Source: Alphaproteobacteria bacterium
GTDB lineage: Bacteria; Pseudomonadota; Alphaproteobacteria; GCA-2731375
NCBI GenBank assembly: GCA_047518225.1
Contig: JAKZRK010000088.1
Span: 1 to 49,813, forward strand
Direction: 5' to 3'
DNA length: 49,813 nt
The position numbers and the translations under genes were made by a program. Of the stretch, positions 1-9,413 are shown in pieces (position 1 is the stretch's first letter; each line of letters opens with the position of its first letter). Below the pieces are notes generated by a model that did not search any database, was not told the DNA's origin, and worked only from the letters and a program-made list of their open reading frames with translations.

Positions 1-62
1 CTACCCGTTCAACGCCTTCCGCTCATTGCTCGGCATCGCGGGCGACACCTCTGCTCCAACCT

Positions 63-299
63 ATGCCGAGCTTTACTCGGGAGAGTGGCGGCACCCTACA
101 TGTAGCGGTCATGGGCGTTAACCGGATAGGCAAGGAACCAATCACACCTGAAATGGTTGCGAGCTTGTACGAGTCCTTGAACCCGCCTATACGCCGAGTG
201 TTCGTTTGCTTATCAAACGAAACAACTCTGGAAGACGCGACAGGTGCCCTTCAGGCGCTCGTTGACGCCCATCTCGGGCCGTCCCCGTCTCGACATTGA
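63..299 (+). CDS. hypothetical protein (weak; may be the 3' part of a gene entering from the left edge)
   Basis: 78-aa ORF from the track. The same frame has no stop between nt 3 and 63. No recognisable motif. A competing open frame (nt 2-121, ...YPFNAFRSLLGIAGD...*) also enters from the left edge, so coding assignment is uncertain. Confidence 0.2.
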   Translation: MPSFTRESGGTLHVAVMGVNRIGKEPITPEMVASLYESLNPPIRRVFVCLSNETTLEDATGALQALVDAHLGPSPSRH

Positions 300-428
300 G
301 CAAGTAACAAAAAGAGTCGATTCTGTCTGTTGCTGCGAAGCTGAAATTCGTATGATTGTTCCGGCAAACGCCATCTTGCGCTTTCGTCCTTGGCGCAGCC
401 AACAGTAAACAAATGTTCCTAGGGAGAG

Positions 429-1334
429 ATGTCCATGACACGTCTATGTGAAGACCGGGTTGCCATCGTTACCGGCGCGGCGCGCGGGGTTGGCCGCGAA
501 CATGCGCTGTTACTGGCCAAACATGGGGCCAAGGTGGTGGTGAACGATCTGGGCGGCGCCGTCGACGGATCGGGCGCCGATAAGTCCCAGGCCCAGATGG
601 TGGTGGACGAGATCGTCGCGGCGGGCGGCGAGGCGGTGGTCAATGGCGATGATGTCAGCAGTTGGGACGGCGCCAAGGCCATGGTCGATCAGGCGGTCGA
701 GACTTACGGCAAGCTGGACATCCTAATCAATAATGCCGGCATCCTGCGCGACCGCATGCTTGTCAATATGACCGAAGAGGAATGGGATTCGGTGATCCAG
801 GTGCACCTGAAAGGCACATTTGCGCCGTCCCGCCATGCCGCGGCCCATTGGCGCGCCCTGTCCAAGGAGACGGACGGCCCCGTGGATGGGCGCATCATCA
901 ATACCACCTCGACTTCCGGCATTTTCGGCAATCTGGGGCAGACCAACTATGGCGCGGCCAAGGCCGGCATCGCGGCATTCACGGTGATCGCGGCGCGGGA
1001 GCTGCGGCGGATCGGGGTAACGGTCAACGCCATCTCGCCCTCCGCCTATACCCGCATGACCGATAGCCTGCGCGAATATACCGAGGAGGAGATCAAATGG
1101 CGGCTGCCGAGCTGGGTATCCCCGGCGGTGGTCTATCTGGCCAGCGCGGAGGCCCATGATATTTCCGGCCGGGTCATTCAAGCAGGCGGCGGCATGGTGG
1201 CGGTCTGTGAAGGCTGGCGCAGGGGCGCCGAGATGGAGCAGATGGCGGACCCGGTGGAACTGGGACCGCATTTGCGCGAGATGTGCGGCCAGGTCCGGAA
1301 GAATTCCGGCATGGACGGCCTGGAACTCGATTAG
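429..1334 (+). CDS. SDR-family oxidoreductase (short-chain dehydrogenase/reductase)
   Basis: Rossmann motif TGAARGVG (TGxxxGxG), NNAG, catalytic YGAAKAG (YxxxK). AGGGAGAG purine-rich stretch directly upstream of ATG 429. Confidence 0.85.
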   Translation: MSMTRLCEDRVAIVTGAARGVGREHALLLAKHGAKVVVNDLGGAVDGSGADKSQAQMVVDEIVAAGGEAVVNGDDVSSWDGAKAMVDQAVETYGKLDILINNAGILRDRMLVNMTEEEWDSVIQVHLKGTFAPSRHAAAHWRALSKETDGPVDGRIINTTSTSGIFGNLGQTNYGAAKAGIAAFTVIAARELRRIGVTVNAISPSAYTRMTDSLREYTEEEIKWRLPSWVSPAVVYLASAEAHDISGRVIQAGGGMVAVCEGWRRGAEMEQMADPVELGPHLREMCGQVRKNSGMDGLELD

Positions 1335-1365
1335 TTTTCGCTCCCACCTGCGCGGCTTGGCTCGT

Positions 1366-2721
1366 CTAAGCTAACAACACCACCAGGTCGATGGGCTCGC
1401 CGGCGCCGGCCACCGGGCGGGCCGGTCGTTGCTGTAACGGCGTTTGCGGCGCATAGCCCTGGGCCTGGGCCAAGTCCAGGGTTTCTGCCGTGGTCAGGGC
1501 GGTTACGGTTTCCGCCTTGTTGGCGTTTTCCAGTTTGGCGGCCAGGTTGACCGGTTCGCCGATGACGGTGAATTCCAGACGCTCCCCATCGCCGACGGCA
1601 CCGAATATCAGAGGGCCGGCGCTGACCGCGAAGCCAATGGCCAGAGGATGCTGGCCGTCCCGTTGGCGCTGATCCCGCCAATCTGCCGCCGCCGCGCCCA
1701 AGGCCTCGATGCAGCGCAAGGCGTTGGCGGCATAAGTTTCGGTGGGCAGGGCGGCGCCAAAGGTGGCCATGATGCCATCCCCCATGAACTTGTCGATACT
1801 ACCGCCATGGTCCTGAATGACCCTCACCATGCGGCTTTGATAATCGGCCAATAGCGCCATCAGGTCGCCCGGGTCCATGCCCATGGCCATGGGCGTGAAG
1901 CCGCGGATATCGCAGAACAAAACGGCGGCCTGACGTATTTCGCCCTGGCCCGCCTCGATCTTCTGTTCGGCACTGACGATCTGATGCGCGATCTCGGGTG
2001 CGAAAAACCGCTCCAAATCCTGATGCGCCTGGCCTTCGACCACCGATTGCACCAGCAGGCGGCGGGCCCGCCAGAGAGCAATGGCCAGAATGGCCGTGGA
2101 CAGCAGAATGGTGATCACCTTGTCAAATTCCGCCCCGATCAAAATTCGGTTCGAGGTCATGTAGGCAACGTAGTCGCGGGTCACCCCCATGTTCGGCGCC
2201 GACGAGGTTGCCAGGGCATAATACAACATCAAAAGCCAGCCTATGGCCGCCGCCGCCCCGGCCAACAGAACATAGCCGGCGGAAAAGCGCAGGGCCCGCA
2301 AGGCGATAAAGATAAACACATACAGCAAGGTCGGCGCCTTCAGATAGAAAGCCGCCGGTTGTTCGTACTGAATATGAAAGCTCCAGATCAAGGCCATCAG
2401 GATGGCCATGTCCACCAGCACGGACAGGGCCAGGAACCAGGCGGCGGCAAAGCCGCGATGGCTTAGTATCAGGCGCAGAATGGAGAACGCCAGATACAAG
2501 CCAAGGGCAAAGGGCACGGGCTCGATCATGGCCGTGGCCGCCGCCGTTTTCGGAGCCAGGGCATACAGGCTGGCCCAGGTGGCACCGACCAGCAACTGGG
2601 CCCAGGCGATCAGAATTTCGCTTTGCAATTGATGCCCGTGGATGGCCGCCGCCACCCGCGGCGGCAGGTCTTTGTCGTGATGCCGGCCCCAGGGGGATTT
2701 GCACAATATGCGCTCTAACAT
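1366..2721 (-). CDS. membrane-anchored class III adenylate/guanylate cyclase
   Basis: The N-terminal half is strongly hydrophobic (several TM-like segments). The C-terminal half is a cyclase homology domain (FCDIRGFT, FMGDGIMATFG, VIGEPVNLAAKLE). ATG at 2721 preferred over the track's GTG 2733. It overlaps the stop of the upstream gene by 7 nt. Confidence 0.85.
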   Translation of the reverse strand: MLERILCKSPWGRHHDKDLPPRVAAAIHGHQLQSEILIAWAQLLVGATWASLYALAPKTAAATAMIEPVPFALGLYLAFSILRLILSHRGFAAAWFLALSVLVDMAILMALIWSFHIQYEQPAAFYLKAPTLLYVFIFIALRALRFSAGYVLLAGAAAAIGWLLMLYYALATSSAPNMGVTRDYVAYMTSNRILIGAEFDKVITILLSTAILAIALWRARRLLVQSVVEGQAHQDLERFFAPEIAHQIVSAEQKIEAGQGEIRQAAVLFCDIRGFTPMAMGMDPGDLMALLADYQSRMVRVIQDHGGSIDKFMGDGIMATFGAALPTETYAANALRCIEALGAAAADWRDQRQRDGQHPLAIGFAVSAGPLIFGAVGDGERLEFTVIGEPVNLAAKLENANKAETVTALTTAETLDLAQAQGYAPQTPLQQRPARPVAGAGEPIDLVVLLA

Positions 2722-3551
2722 TTTCGCAGCCACAGGCTGGCAGGCAGGCTTTCCGCCTTGACCGGCAGCCGGGCCACGGCGGACGCCGCGAGGGGCGCCG
2801 CCATGCGGGTGGCGACGTAATGAGAGGCGAACAGGATCTCGTAGGCGCCGCAGGCCAGCATGGGCGCCACGCCCAGTTGCTCGTTATAGCCGCGCCAATC
2901 CCAGGTCATCGGATAATCGTCGGGTAGGAATATGTCATGAATGTGCACCAATGTGCCGGCCGACAGGATTGGCATCACCCGATTGAACAAATCGTCCACA
3001 TCACTGCCCGGCATCAGGATATGGGACGAATCAATGAACAAAATGTCGCCGGCCCCTAAATCGTCGAAAATATCCAGGCCCACCGTCGCCAGCGTGTCAT
3101 TTAAAAACTCGATATTCAGGCGATCCACGAAACGGCTGGGGGCTGGATCTATGGCGGTGATCCGGGTCGACAAGCCACCATCATCCACGGCCCGTTTCAT
3201 AAAGCGCGTCGAGTGGCCCGAGCCGACCTCGATGATCCGCTTCGGCGCCCCGGTCCGCACCATGGCATAGGCGGCGGCGGCATCCAGGGTTGGAAACCAA
3301 TCCTGGGTCCAGCGGGGGGCGGGGGGTGGTTCCTCGCCGATCGCCTGCAGGGCCTCTTCAAAGCGGTCGATATCCCGCAGCAGGGCCGCGAAGCCGGGTT
3401 CGGCGGCGCTCATGAGCGCCGCCAGGGGTGGATAGCTTGGGTTGCGACCGGGATAGGGCAGGGTATTGGCGTAACGATAGGGGATAAAAAAGCCGCGTCG
3501 GGCCAGACCCAGTACCGTCAACAGCCCCAACCGCATACTGCGCCTGTGCAT
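2715..3551 (-). CDS. class I SAM-dependent methyltransferase (Methyltransf_24-like)
   Basis: 278-aa ORF with IIEVGSGHSTRF (SAM-binding motif I-like) followed by an acidic ILFIDSSH segment. ATG at 3551. Overlaps the cyclase gene start by 7 nt, suggesting translational coupling. Confidence 0.65.
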   Translation of the reverse strand: MHRRSMRLGLLTVLGLARRGFFIPYRYANTLPYPGRNPSYPPLAALMSAAEPGFAALLRDIDRFEEALQAIGEEPPPAPRWTQDWFPTLDAAAAYAMVRTGAPKRIIEVGSGHSTRFMKRAVDDGGLSTRITAIDPAPSRFVDRLNIEFLNDTLATVGLDIFDDLGAGDILFIDSSHILMPGSDVDDLFNRVMPILSAGTLVHIHDIFLPDDYPMTWDWRGYNEQLGVAPMLACGAYEILFASHYVATRMAAPLAASAVARLPVKAESLPASLWLRKC

Positions 3552-3657
3552 AGCGTCCGTCCTCTACCCCGGGGGAGCGGGTGGTTCAATCGATCTCGAA
3601 CACAATTGTTTAGCGGCCGGAAACTGACGTCTCGATCATTCGAGGTCAGCAGAACGA

Positions 3658-4494
3658 CTAGGGCCGTAATACCATGCCTTCCTGGGCCACGACAGTACCA
3701 GGGCGGCGCCTTTCAGCCGCCGCGGCGATCTGATCCATGAAGTCATCATCGTGATCGGGGTCATGGTGGAAAATTACAAACTGAGGAACTCCCGCCGCAT
3801 CGCACAGGTCGGCGCCGGCCTCCCATGTGGAATGACCCCAGCCGACACAGTTCGGATATTCATCCTCTGTATACATGGAATCGTAAATCACCAGATCGGC
3901 GCCGTCTATCAGGCCCAGAATGCTCTGATCCAGTTCGCCGGGCCGGTGCTCCGTATCGGTCAGATAACAGATCGACTTGCCTGCAAACTCGACGCGATAG
4001 CCCGTGGCACCGTTGGGATGGTTTAAGGGCGCGGTACGAATGACCACATCGGCGCCAACGCTCAAGGTATCGCCGACCGCGAAATCCCGGAATTCGATCT
4101 TTGATTGGAAAATCTCCAGGGGCACCGGAAACAACGGCGTCATCATCAGGTCGCATAGCACATTGCGAAGAGTGGTCTCCGGCAACAGATGGCCGGCGGA
4201 AAGGCGGAACTGATTATTTGGATTGAAGAATGGTTTAAAGAATGGAATGCCACAAATGTGGTCGTAATGGGTATGGGTGAGAAATATATCCGCGTCGATG
4301 GTGCCATCGGTCTCCAACAATTTATTCCCAAAGTAACGGATACCGGAGCCCGCATCGAAAATCAACAGGCGCTCGCCGCATCGAATCTCCAGGCAGGAAG
4401 TGTTTCCGCCATAGCGCACCGAGTTGGCATCGGAGATGGAAATACTCCCCCGAACGCCCCAAAAGCGAACTAGAAAATCACGATTCTCGGACAT
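3658..4494 (-). CDS. MBL-fold metallo-hydrolase
   Basis: HxHxDH metal motif (THTHYDHICG) and N-terminal FWGVRGS typical of Lactamase_B_2-type hydrolases. ATG 4494 (MSENRDF...) preferred over the track start 4551. Confidence 0.8.
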   Translation of the reverse strand: MSENRDFLVRFWGVRGSISISDANSVRYGGNTSCLEIRCGERLLIFDAGSGIRYFGNKLLETDGTIDADIFLTHTHYDHICGIPFFKPFFNPNNQFRLSAGHLLPETTLRNVLCDLMMTPLFPVPLEIFQSKIEFRDFAVGDTLSVGADVVIRTAPLNHPNGATGYRVEFAGKSICYLTDTEHRPGELDQSILGLIDGADLVIYDSMYTEDEYPNCVGWGHSTWEAGADLCDAAGVPQFVIFHHDPDHDDDFMDQIAAAAERRRPGTVVAQEGMVLRP

Positions 4495-4664
4495 GGTCCC
4501 CGCACTTTCACCACAATCAACCAAAGGCACAATTCCGCCCGCCTGCCTCAAGCGCCATAGGTTCGATCTGTATTATTATAGTTCGATATATGTTAGCATG
4601 CCGATATTACGTCTAATAAGTTGGGTTTGTAAACAATTATATCAAGGGCGCCGAGAGAGCTGGA

Positions 4665-5552
4665 TTACAGCCCCATTTGGCGCAGAATAAGGCGGCTGAG
4701 ATCGGCCTCCGGGTCGGTTAGCTGATCGACAATGGTAAAATGATTTTGTCCCGGCAATACGGCCACTTCGACAGCAACCCCATGACGGCGCCAAGCGGCC
4801 GCCAGGGCCTCGCTTTGACGCAGATATTCCCGCCCCTCATCCCCCCCCACCGTCAATAACAGGGGGCTTGTGCCGGCAGGGACAAGGCCCAGGGGGCTGT
4901 TGCGGGCCGTTTCTTCCGGGCTGAGTTTCAAATCGTCATTGAGGAAGCACAGGCGGATCGGCTCCAGATCATACAGCCCGGAAATGCCACAACCGCCCTT
5001 GACCAAATCCATCGGCAGTATTGGCGACCGGCCGTCGAAGGCGGGCCAATCCGTCGCCATCATCATGGCCACCAGGTGGCCGCCCGCGGAATGACCGGAT
5101 ATAAACATGCGCTCCGGGTCACCGCCGAAACTGGCGGCGTTGCGATAGATCCAGGCCAGGGCAGCCCGGCATTGGCGCACCAGTTCGTCCATATCAATGC
5201 CGGGGATCAGACCATAATTGATCACCGCCGTGGCGCAGCCCTTGGGCGTGAACGCGCGGGCGACATAGGAGAATTCATCCTTGCTCAACATTTTCCAATA
5301 GCCGCCGTGAATGAACGCCTGGATCGGCGCCGCAGCGGCCCCCCCGTTCCGGCTGGGAAACAGATCCAGCACTTCATCCGCACCGGGACCAAAGGGAATG
5401 TTCAGTTGCCCGGTCTGGTGGCGGCGCCATGCCTGGCTGTTCTCGGCATACCTTTCCATGAGATCCGAAGCTTCGGGCACCTTGGCACGGTTATCATATT
5501 CCGCGTCCAGCCCGGCCTGATCATAGTCACCGAAGATTTTTTCACTCACCAT
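4665..5552 (-). CDS. alpha/beta hydrolase (esterase / arylformamidase-like)
   Basis: Oxyanion HGGYW and nucleophile elbow GHSAGGH (GxSxG). 295 aa. Confidence 0.8.
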   Translation of the reverse strand: MVSEKIFGDYDQAGLDAEYDNRAKVPEASDLMERYAENSQAWRRHQTGQLNIPFGPGADEVLDLFPSRNGGAAAAPIQAFIHGGYWKMLSKDEFSYVARAFTPKGCATAVINYGLIPGIDMDELVRQCRAALAWIYRNAASFGGDPERMFISGHSAGGHLVAMMMATDWPAFDGRSPILPMDLVKGGCGISGLYDLEPIRLCFLNDDLKLSPEETARNSPLGLVPAGTSPLLLTVGGDEGREYLRQSEALAAAWRRHGVAVEVAVLPGQNHFTIVDQLTDPEADLSRLILRQMGL

Positions 5553-5559
5553 TGTTCCC

Positions 5560-5928
5560 CTAAGTCTCCGCCGCCATGACGGCCAGCATTTGCTTGACCC
5601 TGGCCACCGGCAGTTCGTTGATCCCCTCGGCCAGACGGTTGGCCAGTTCCGTAGCCTCCGGTCCCGTTTGCGTGGTGTCTATCACAACCCGTGGGTGGCT
5701 GAGTTTGGCCAGACGGCGCAAGCCATCCGCCTCGTCCCAGATGATATTGAAGTAGCCGCAGATCTGATCCACCAGGACCGGCGAGGGCCGGCCGCGCCGG
5801 CCCCTTTCCAGGGCGGAGAGATAAGCCGCCGAAATCTGCAAATCGGCGGCCATCTGTTTTTGGCTGACGGTTTGTTGCCGGCGTAGCGCACGAATTCTAG
5901 CGCCAAAGGGCGTCAATCCGGCCGCCAT
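5560..5928 (-). CDS. XRE-family helix-turn-helix transcriptional regulator
   Basis: N-terminal HTH_3-like segment RIRALRRQQTVSQKQMAADLQISAAYLSALERG. 122 aa. Confidence 0.75.
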   Translation of the reverse strand: MAAGLTPFGARIRALRRQQTVSQKQMAADLQISAAYLSALERGRRGRPSPVLVDQICGYFNIIWDEADGLRRLAKLSHPRVVIDTTQTGPEATELANRLAEGINELPVARVKQMLAVMAAET

Positions 5929-5933
5929 GGCGC

Positions 5934-6410
5934 CTATTCATCCAGCCAAAGGCCGTGGCGGCGGTGCCAGGCCTCGATGGATTCCGCCGGATAATCGGCA
6001 AAGCGTTCAATGTGATCGCCTTCATGCAGTTCCACCCAGGGCGCGGCACTATCCAACATGATATCCACGAAATGCTCCGGCTTGGGCAAGGGCGTGTCGA
6101 TGACGGAGGCCAATGGATGCACCAGGTCCGGCCAGACTTCGTTCCAGGCCCAAAGATGGCTGCCGCATAACCGGCAGAAATGGCGCTGATGTTTCGAAGG
6201 CCGGCCATCGGTCATGGCACAGTATACCGACACATGCTCCTGGCCCGTAATCTTCATGGTCTCATAGTCGGCCAAAAGGTTGATGGCGAACCCCCCCGCG
6301 CCGCCGGCCTTACGGCAGATCGAGCAATAACAGCGCTGATAGGGCTGTGGACTTTGGCTCTCTACCGAGAAACCGACGGCGCCGCAATGACACGATCCCT
6401 GCAATAACAT
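5934..6410 (-). CDS. GFA-family (CENP-V / glutathione-dependent formaldehyde-activating-like) zinc protein
   Basis: Cys pattern CHCGAV ... CYCSICRK ... FCRLCGS typical of the GFA fold. Confidence 0.8.
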   Translation of the reverse strand: MLLQGSCHCGAVGFSVESQSPQPYQRCYCSICRKAGGAGGFAINLLADYETMKITGQEHVSVYCAMTDGRPSKHQRHFCRLCGSHLWAWNEVWPDLVHPLASVIDTPLPKPEHFVDIMLDSAAPWVELHEGDHIERFADYPAESIEAWHRRHGLWLDE

Positions 6411-6439
6411 CGCTATCCCCTTTCCCTCCGGTATCTGTC

Positions 6440-7009
6440 CTAGCGCTTGCGCCGCAGCAGGACATAGTAGGCACCTTCGCCGCCATGTTGCGGGCGGGCG
6501 GTCTCGATCCGCAAGACCATTGGCCGCACCGCCCCCTCCCCCAGCCAGCGGGGCAGATTACGGCGCAGCACGCCGCTGTCCCTATCCGGCATGAAACCTC
6601 TGTCCACATCATCGCGCGGGCCGCCCTTGCCCGTGATGATCAGGACGCAGCGCCGGCCCGCGCGATAACTGCCGGTAATAAAGGCGTGCAGCGCACGATG
6701 GGCATCAGCCTGGGTATGGCCGTGCAGATCAAGGCGCCCCTCGATCGCCATTTGCCCCCGTCGCAGACGTTCCGCGCTGCGCTTGTCCAGGCCGGCGATG
6801 GCTGTCCCGGCCACGGTGATCGCCGGGGCGGCCCGGTCCTTTGCCGCCGGCCGCGCCGCCGTGCTGGTCTTGGCCGTAGTCTTGGCTGTTTTTGCGCTGT
6901 CCTGCGGCGGATGGGGTGGCCGCCGCTTCAGCGGCCGGGCATCGCGCATGGCCGTCTCGAACAGCGCATCGCCCTCGATCGGGCCTTTAGTCTTTCCCGG
7001 TTTGGTCAT
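6440..7009 (-). CDS. Smr/MutS2-C domain protein
   Basis: C-terminal Smr domain signature (RLDLHGHTQADAHRAL ... LIITGKG). A basic, low-complexity N-terminus is typical of alphaproteobacterial Smr proteins. Confidence 0.8.
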   Translation of the reverse strand: MTKPGKTKGPIEGDALFETAMRDARPLKRRPPHPPQDSAKTAKTTAKTSTAARPAAKDRAAPAITVAGTAIAGLDKRSAERLRRGQMAIEGRLDLHGHTQADAHRALHAFITGSYRAGRRCVLIITGKGGPRDDVDRGFMPDRDSGVLRRNLPRWLGEGAVRPMVLRIETARPQHGGEGAYYVLLRRKR

Positions 7010-7703
7010 CGATCAGAACAATATGCAAGCTGCGCGGCCCATGCGCGCCGAGCTCTATGGTCAGGGCAATATCGGCGGTGCGCGAGGGACCGGTAATCAT
7101 ATTGACGGTACGCGGCATGGTGAAACCGCGGCCCTGTTTGTTGGCCTTGCGCAGGCGGGCCCAAACCTCTTCGTAGGCACCCACCACCTGGCTGGTCCGC
7201 AGGGCGACAACGTGATAGTCGGGAACAAAATTCAGGGTCGTTGGATGGTTCTTGCCGGAAAGAGCGACCAATGTGCCGGTTTCCGCCACCCCCGCGAAGG
7301 CCGGCGTGACCGAGACCAGATCGTCAATACCGGCGACGCCCTGCCGGGTTTCCAACAGACTTTGGCCGTCCCAATCCAGCCCGCACAGCCACTCGTCCGG
7401 GGCCAGGGTCACCTGGGTCGGCAAATTGTTGGCGCGCAGATAGTCCGCCACGGCGCCGGGCACCGCGGTTTCGCTGGCGACCACCTCAACCGTGCAGGCG
7501 GCGGCCCGCGCCATCTCTTGAAACCGTTCGACCAGGGCAAGATGTTCGCCCTTGCCCCGCGCCGGCACCAGATTGGCCCGATGTTTAGCGATATGTTCGT
7601 TCAGTTCGTGGCGGGCATCGGCGCTTAGGGCGGGACGGCCCAAGGATTGCCGAATGGCACCCAGAATAGCCGCGCGCCCTGACTTTGCACCCAGATCAGT
7701 CAT
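6987..7703 (-). CDS. lutC: lactate utilization protein C (LUD-domain, YkgG/LutC)
   Basis: LUD-domain-like sequence directly downstream of lutB. ATG 7703 (MTDLGAKSG...) overlaps the lutB stop by 8 nt. The track start 7793 lies inside lutB. Confidence 0.75.
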   Translation of the reverse strand: MTDLGAKSGRAAILGAIRQSLGRPALSADARHELNEHIAKHRANLVPARGKGEHLALVERFQEMARAAACTVEVVASETAVPGAVADYLRANNLPTQVTLAPDEWLCGLDWDGQSLLETRQGVAGIDDLVSVTPAFAGVAETGTLVALSGKNHPTTLNFVPDYHVVALRTSQVVGAYEEVWARLRKANKQGRGFTMPRTVNMITGPSRTADIALTIELGAHGPRSLHIVLIDDQTGKD

Positions 7704-9144
7704 CGCGCCGCCCCCAGTGTTGCCGCCCGGCCTGCTGGCGGCGCCAGCGTTCCTGAAAGGTCTGTCCCTCCGGCACCGGCAGATCGCGGCCATCGGTCCA
7801 GCCGCCGGCGAACCACAGCTTACTCAGCCGGCCCTGCCGCCGGCCCAGATAGCGCAGGGCGCGCACGGCCAGACGGGCAGCCAAGTCATACAGCCAGGGC
7901 CGCCGCGCGAAAAAGGCCCAGAAAGACAGGCCCCAACGTTCCAGGCCTGGCACGTCGCCCGCCTCGAATGACCTCTCCCGCCATTGCCGCAACAGGCGCG
8001 GCAGGGGAATGCCGACCGGGCAGACTTCCTCGCAACGCCCGCACAGGGTGGAGGCGCAGGGCAGATGCCGGGTCTCAGATATCCCCAGCAAGGCCGGCGA
8101 CAGCACCGCGCCCATGGGCCCGACATAGACCGTGCCATAGGTATGGCCGCCCACCGATTGATAGACCGGGCAATGGTTCATGCAGGCGCCGCAACGAATA
8201 CAGCGCAACATGTCCTGGACCTCGCTGCCCAGCATGGCGGTGCGGCCATTGTCCAGCAGGATGACGTGATATTCACCTGGCCCATCCAGATCGTCCGGGC
8301 GCCGCGGCCCGGTGGAGATCGTGGTATAGGCGGAGAATTCCTGACCCGTGGCCGAGCGCGCCAGGATGCGCAGAAACGTGGTGGCGTCTTCCAAGGTCGG
8401 CACCACCTTTTCCAGCGAGGTGATGACAATGTGGATTTTCGGCAAGGTCTGGGTCAGATCGCCATTGCCCTCGTTGGTAACGATAATGGAACTGCCGGTT
8501 TCCGCGATCAGATAGTTGGCGCCGGTAATGCCCACATCCGCGTCGAAATATTTTTGCCGCAGGACCTCGCGGGCTTCGTTGACCATTTTCGGCGGCTCGG
8601 TCTGACGCTCGGTTCGGCCCAGTTTGGCATGATGTTCCAAAAACAGATCAGAGACTTGATCCTTGGTCTTGTGAATGGCCGGGCCGATGATGTGCGAGGG
8701 GGGTTCCTGTGCCAGTTGAATGATATATTCGCCCAAGTCGGTTTCCACCGGTTCAATGTCATGCTTTTCCAGGAATTCATTCAGATGAATTTCCTCGGCG
8801 ATCATGGATTTGCCCTTGGTCACGGTCTTGGCATCGACCGAACGGCAGATCTTCAGCACCGCCGCTTGGGCGTCTTCCGGCGTGGCGCACCAATGCACCT
8901 GTCCACCGGCGGCTTTGCAATTGCGTTCAAAGCGCTCCAGATAGAAATCCAGATTGCCCAGCACATGATCTTTCAGCTCCCGCCCCCGCTGGGAGAGACG
9001 CGCGAACTCCGGCAAGCGGTCCACGGCGGCCTGGCGATTGGGCACCATGCCGGCGTTGAGCATGGCCATGGCGCTGCGCAAATCCTGGTCCGCCAGGGCC
9101 GCGCGGGCGTTTTCCTTAAAAATGCCGGGGTTCATGAATTCCAT
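7696..9144 (-). CDS. lutB: lactate utilization iron-sulfur protein B (YkgF/LutB)
   Basis: 4Fe-4S motif CIRCGACMNHCPVY plus a second Cys cluster (CGRCEEVCPV), and a LUD domain. The start is ambiguous (9159, 9144 or 9135). Start 9159 would lie inside the inserted repeat element. Confidence 0.85.
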   Translation of the reverse strand: MEFMNPGIFKENARAALADQDLRSAMAMLNAGMVPNRQAAVDRLPEFARLSQRGRELKDHVLGNLDFYLERFERNCKAAGGQVHWCATPEDAQAAVLKICRSVDAKTVTKGKSMIAEEIHLNEFLEKHDIEPVETDLGEYIIQLAQEPPSHIIGPAIHKTKDQVSDLFLEHHAKLGRTERQTEPPKMVNEAREVLRQKYFDADVGITGANYLIAETGSSIIVTNEGNGDLTQTLPKIHIVITSLEKVVPTLEDATTFLRILARSATGQEFSAYTTISTGPRRPDDLDGPGEYHVILLDNGRTAMLGSEVQDMLRCIRCGACMNHCPVYQSVGGHTYGTVYVGPMGAVLSPALLGISETRHLPCASTLCGRCEEVCPVGIPLPRLLRQWRERSFEAGDVPGLERWGLSFWAFFARRPWLYDLAARLAVRALRYLGRRQGRLSKLWFAGGWTDGRDLPVPEGQTFQERWRRQQAGRQHWGRRDD

Positions 9145-9150
9145 GGCTTT

Positions 9151-9413
9151 ATACCACATTGCGATGATAGGGACCCATAGAGATCGTCTCCACGCATCCT
9201 CGGGTAGGAGAGAAGGTGCAGGCGATATGGGATATCGTCAAGCCTTCTCGACGCCATCCGAGGCTGCGCGGAGACGACCCGATGGGCGCATTTCGGGAGC
9301 TTTCGGAGGGCGTCGCGCACGCCTAACGATGCCCCGCATCGCTTCGGCGCACGCTCCTACCCGAAAACTCCCGAAATGCGTCTCTATGGGTTCCTATCAT
9401 CGCAATGTGGTAT
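9151..9413. mobile_element. MITE-like non-autonomous element (about 263 bp) with 33-bp terminal inverted repeats
   Basis: The left end ATACCACATTGCGATGATAGGGACCCATAGAGA (9151-9183) matches the reverse complement of the right end (9381-9413) at 32 of 33 positions. There are further nested inverted repeats inside (TCGGGTAGGAG / CTCCTACCCGA; CGCATTTCGGGAG / CTCCCGAAATGCG). TTA is present on both flanks (9149-9151 and 9413-9415). No credible ORF. Confidence 0.65.
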
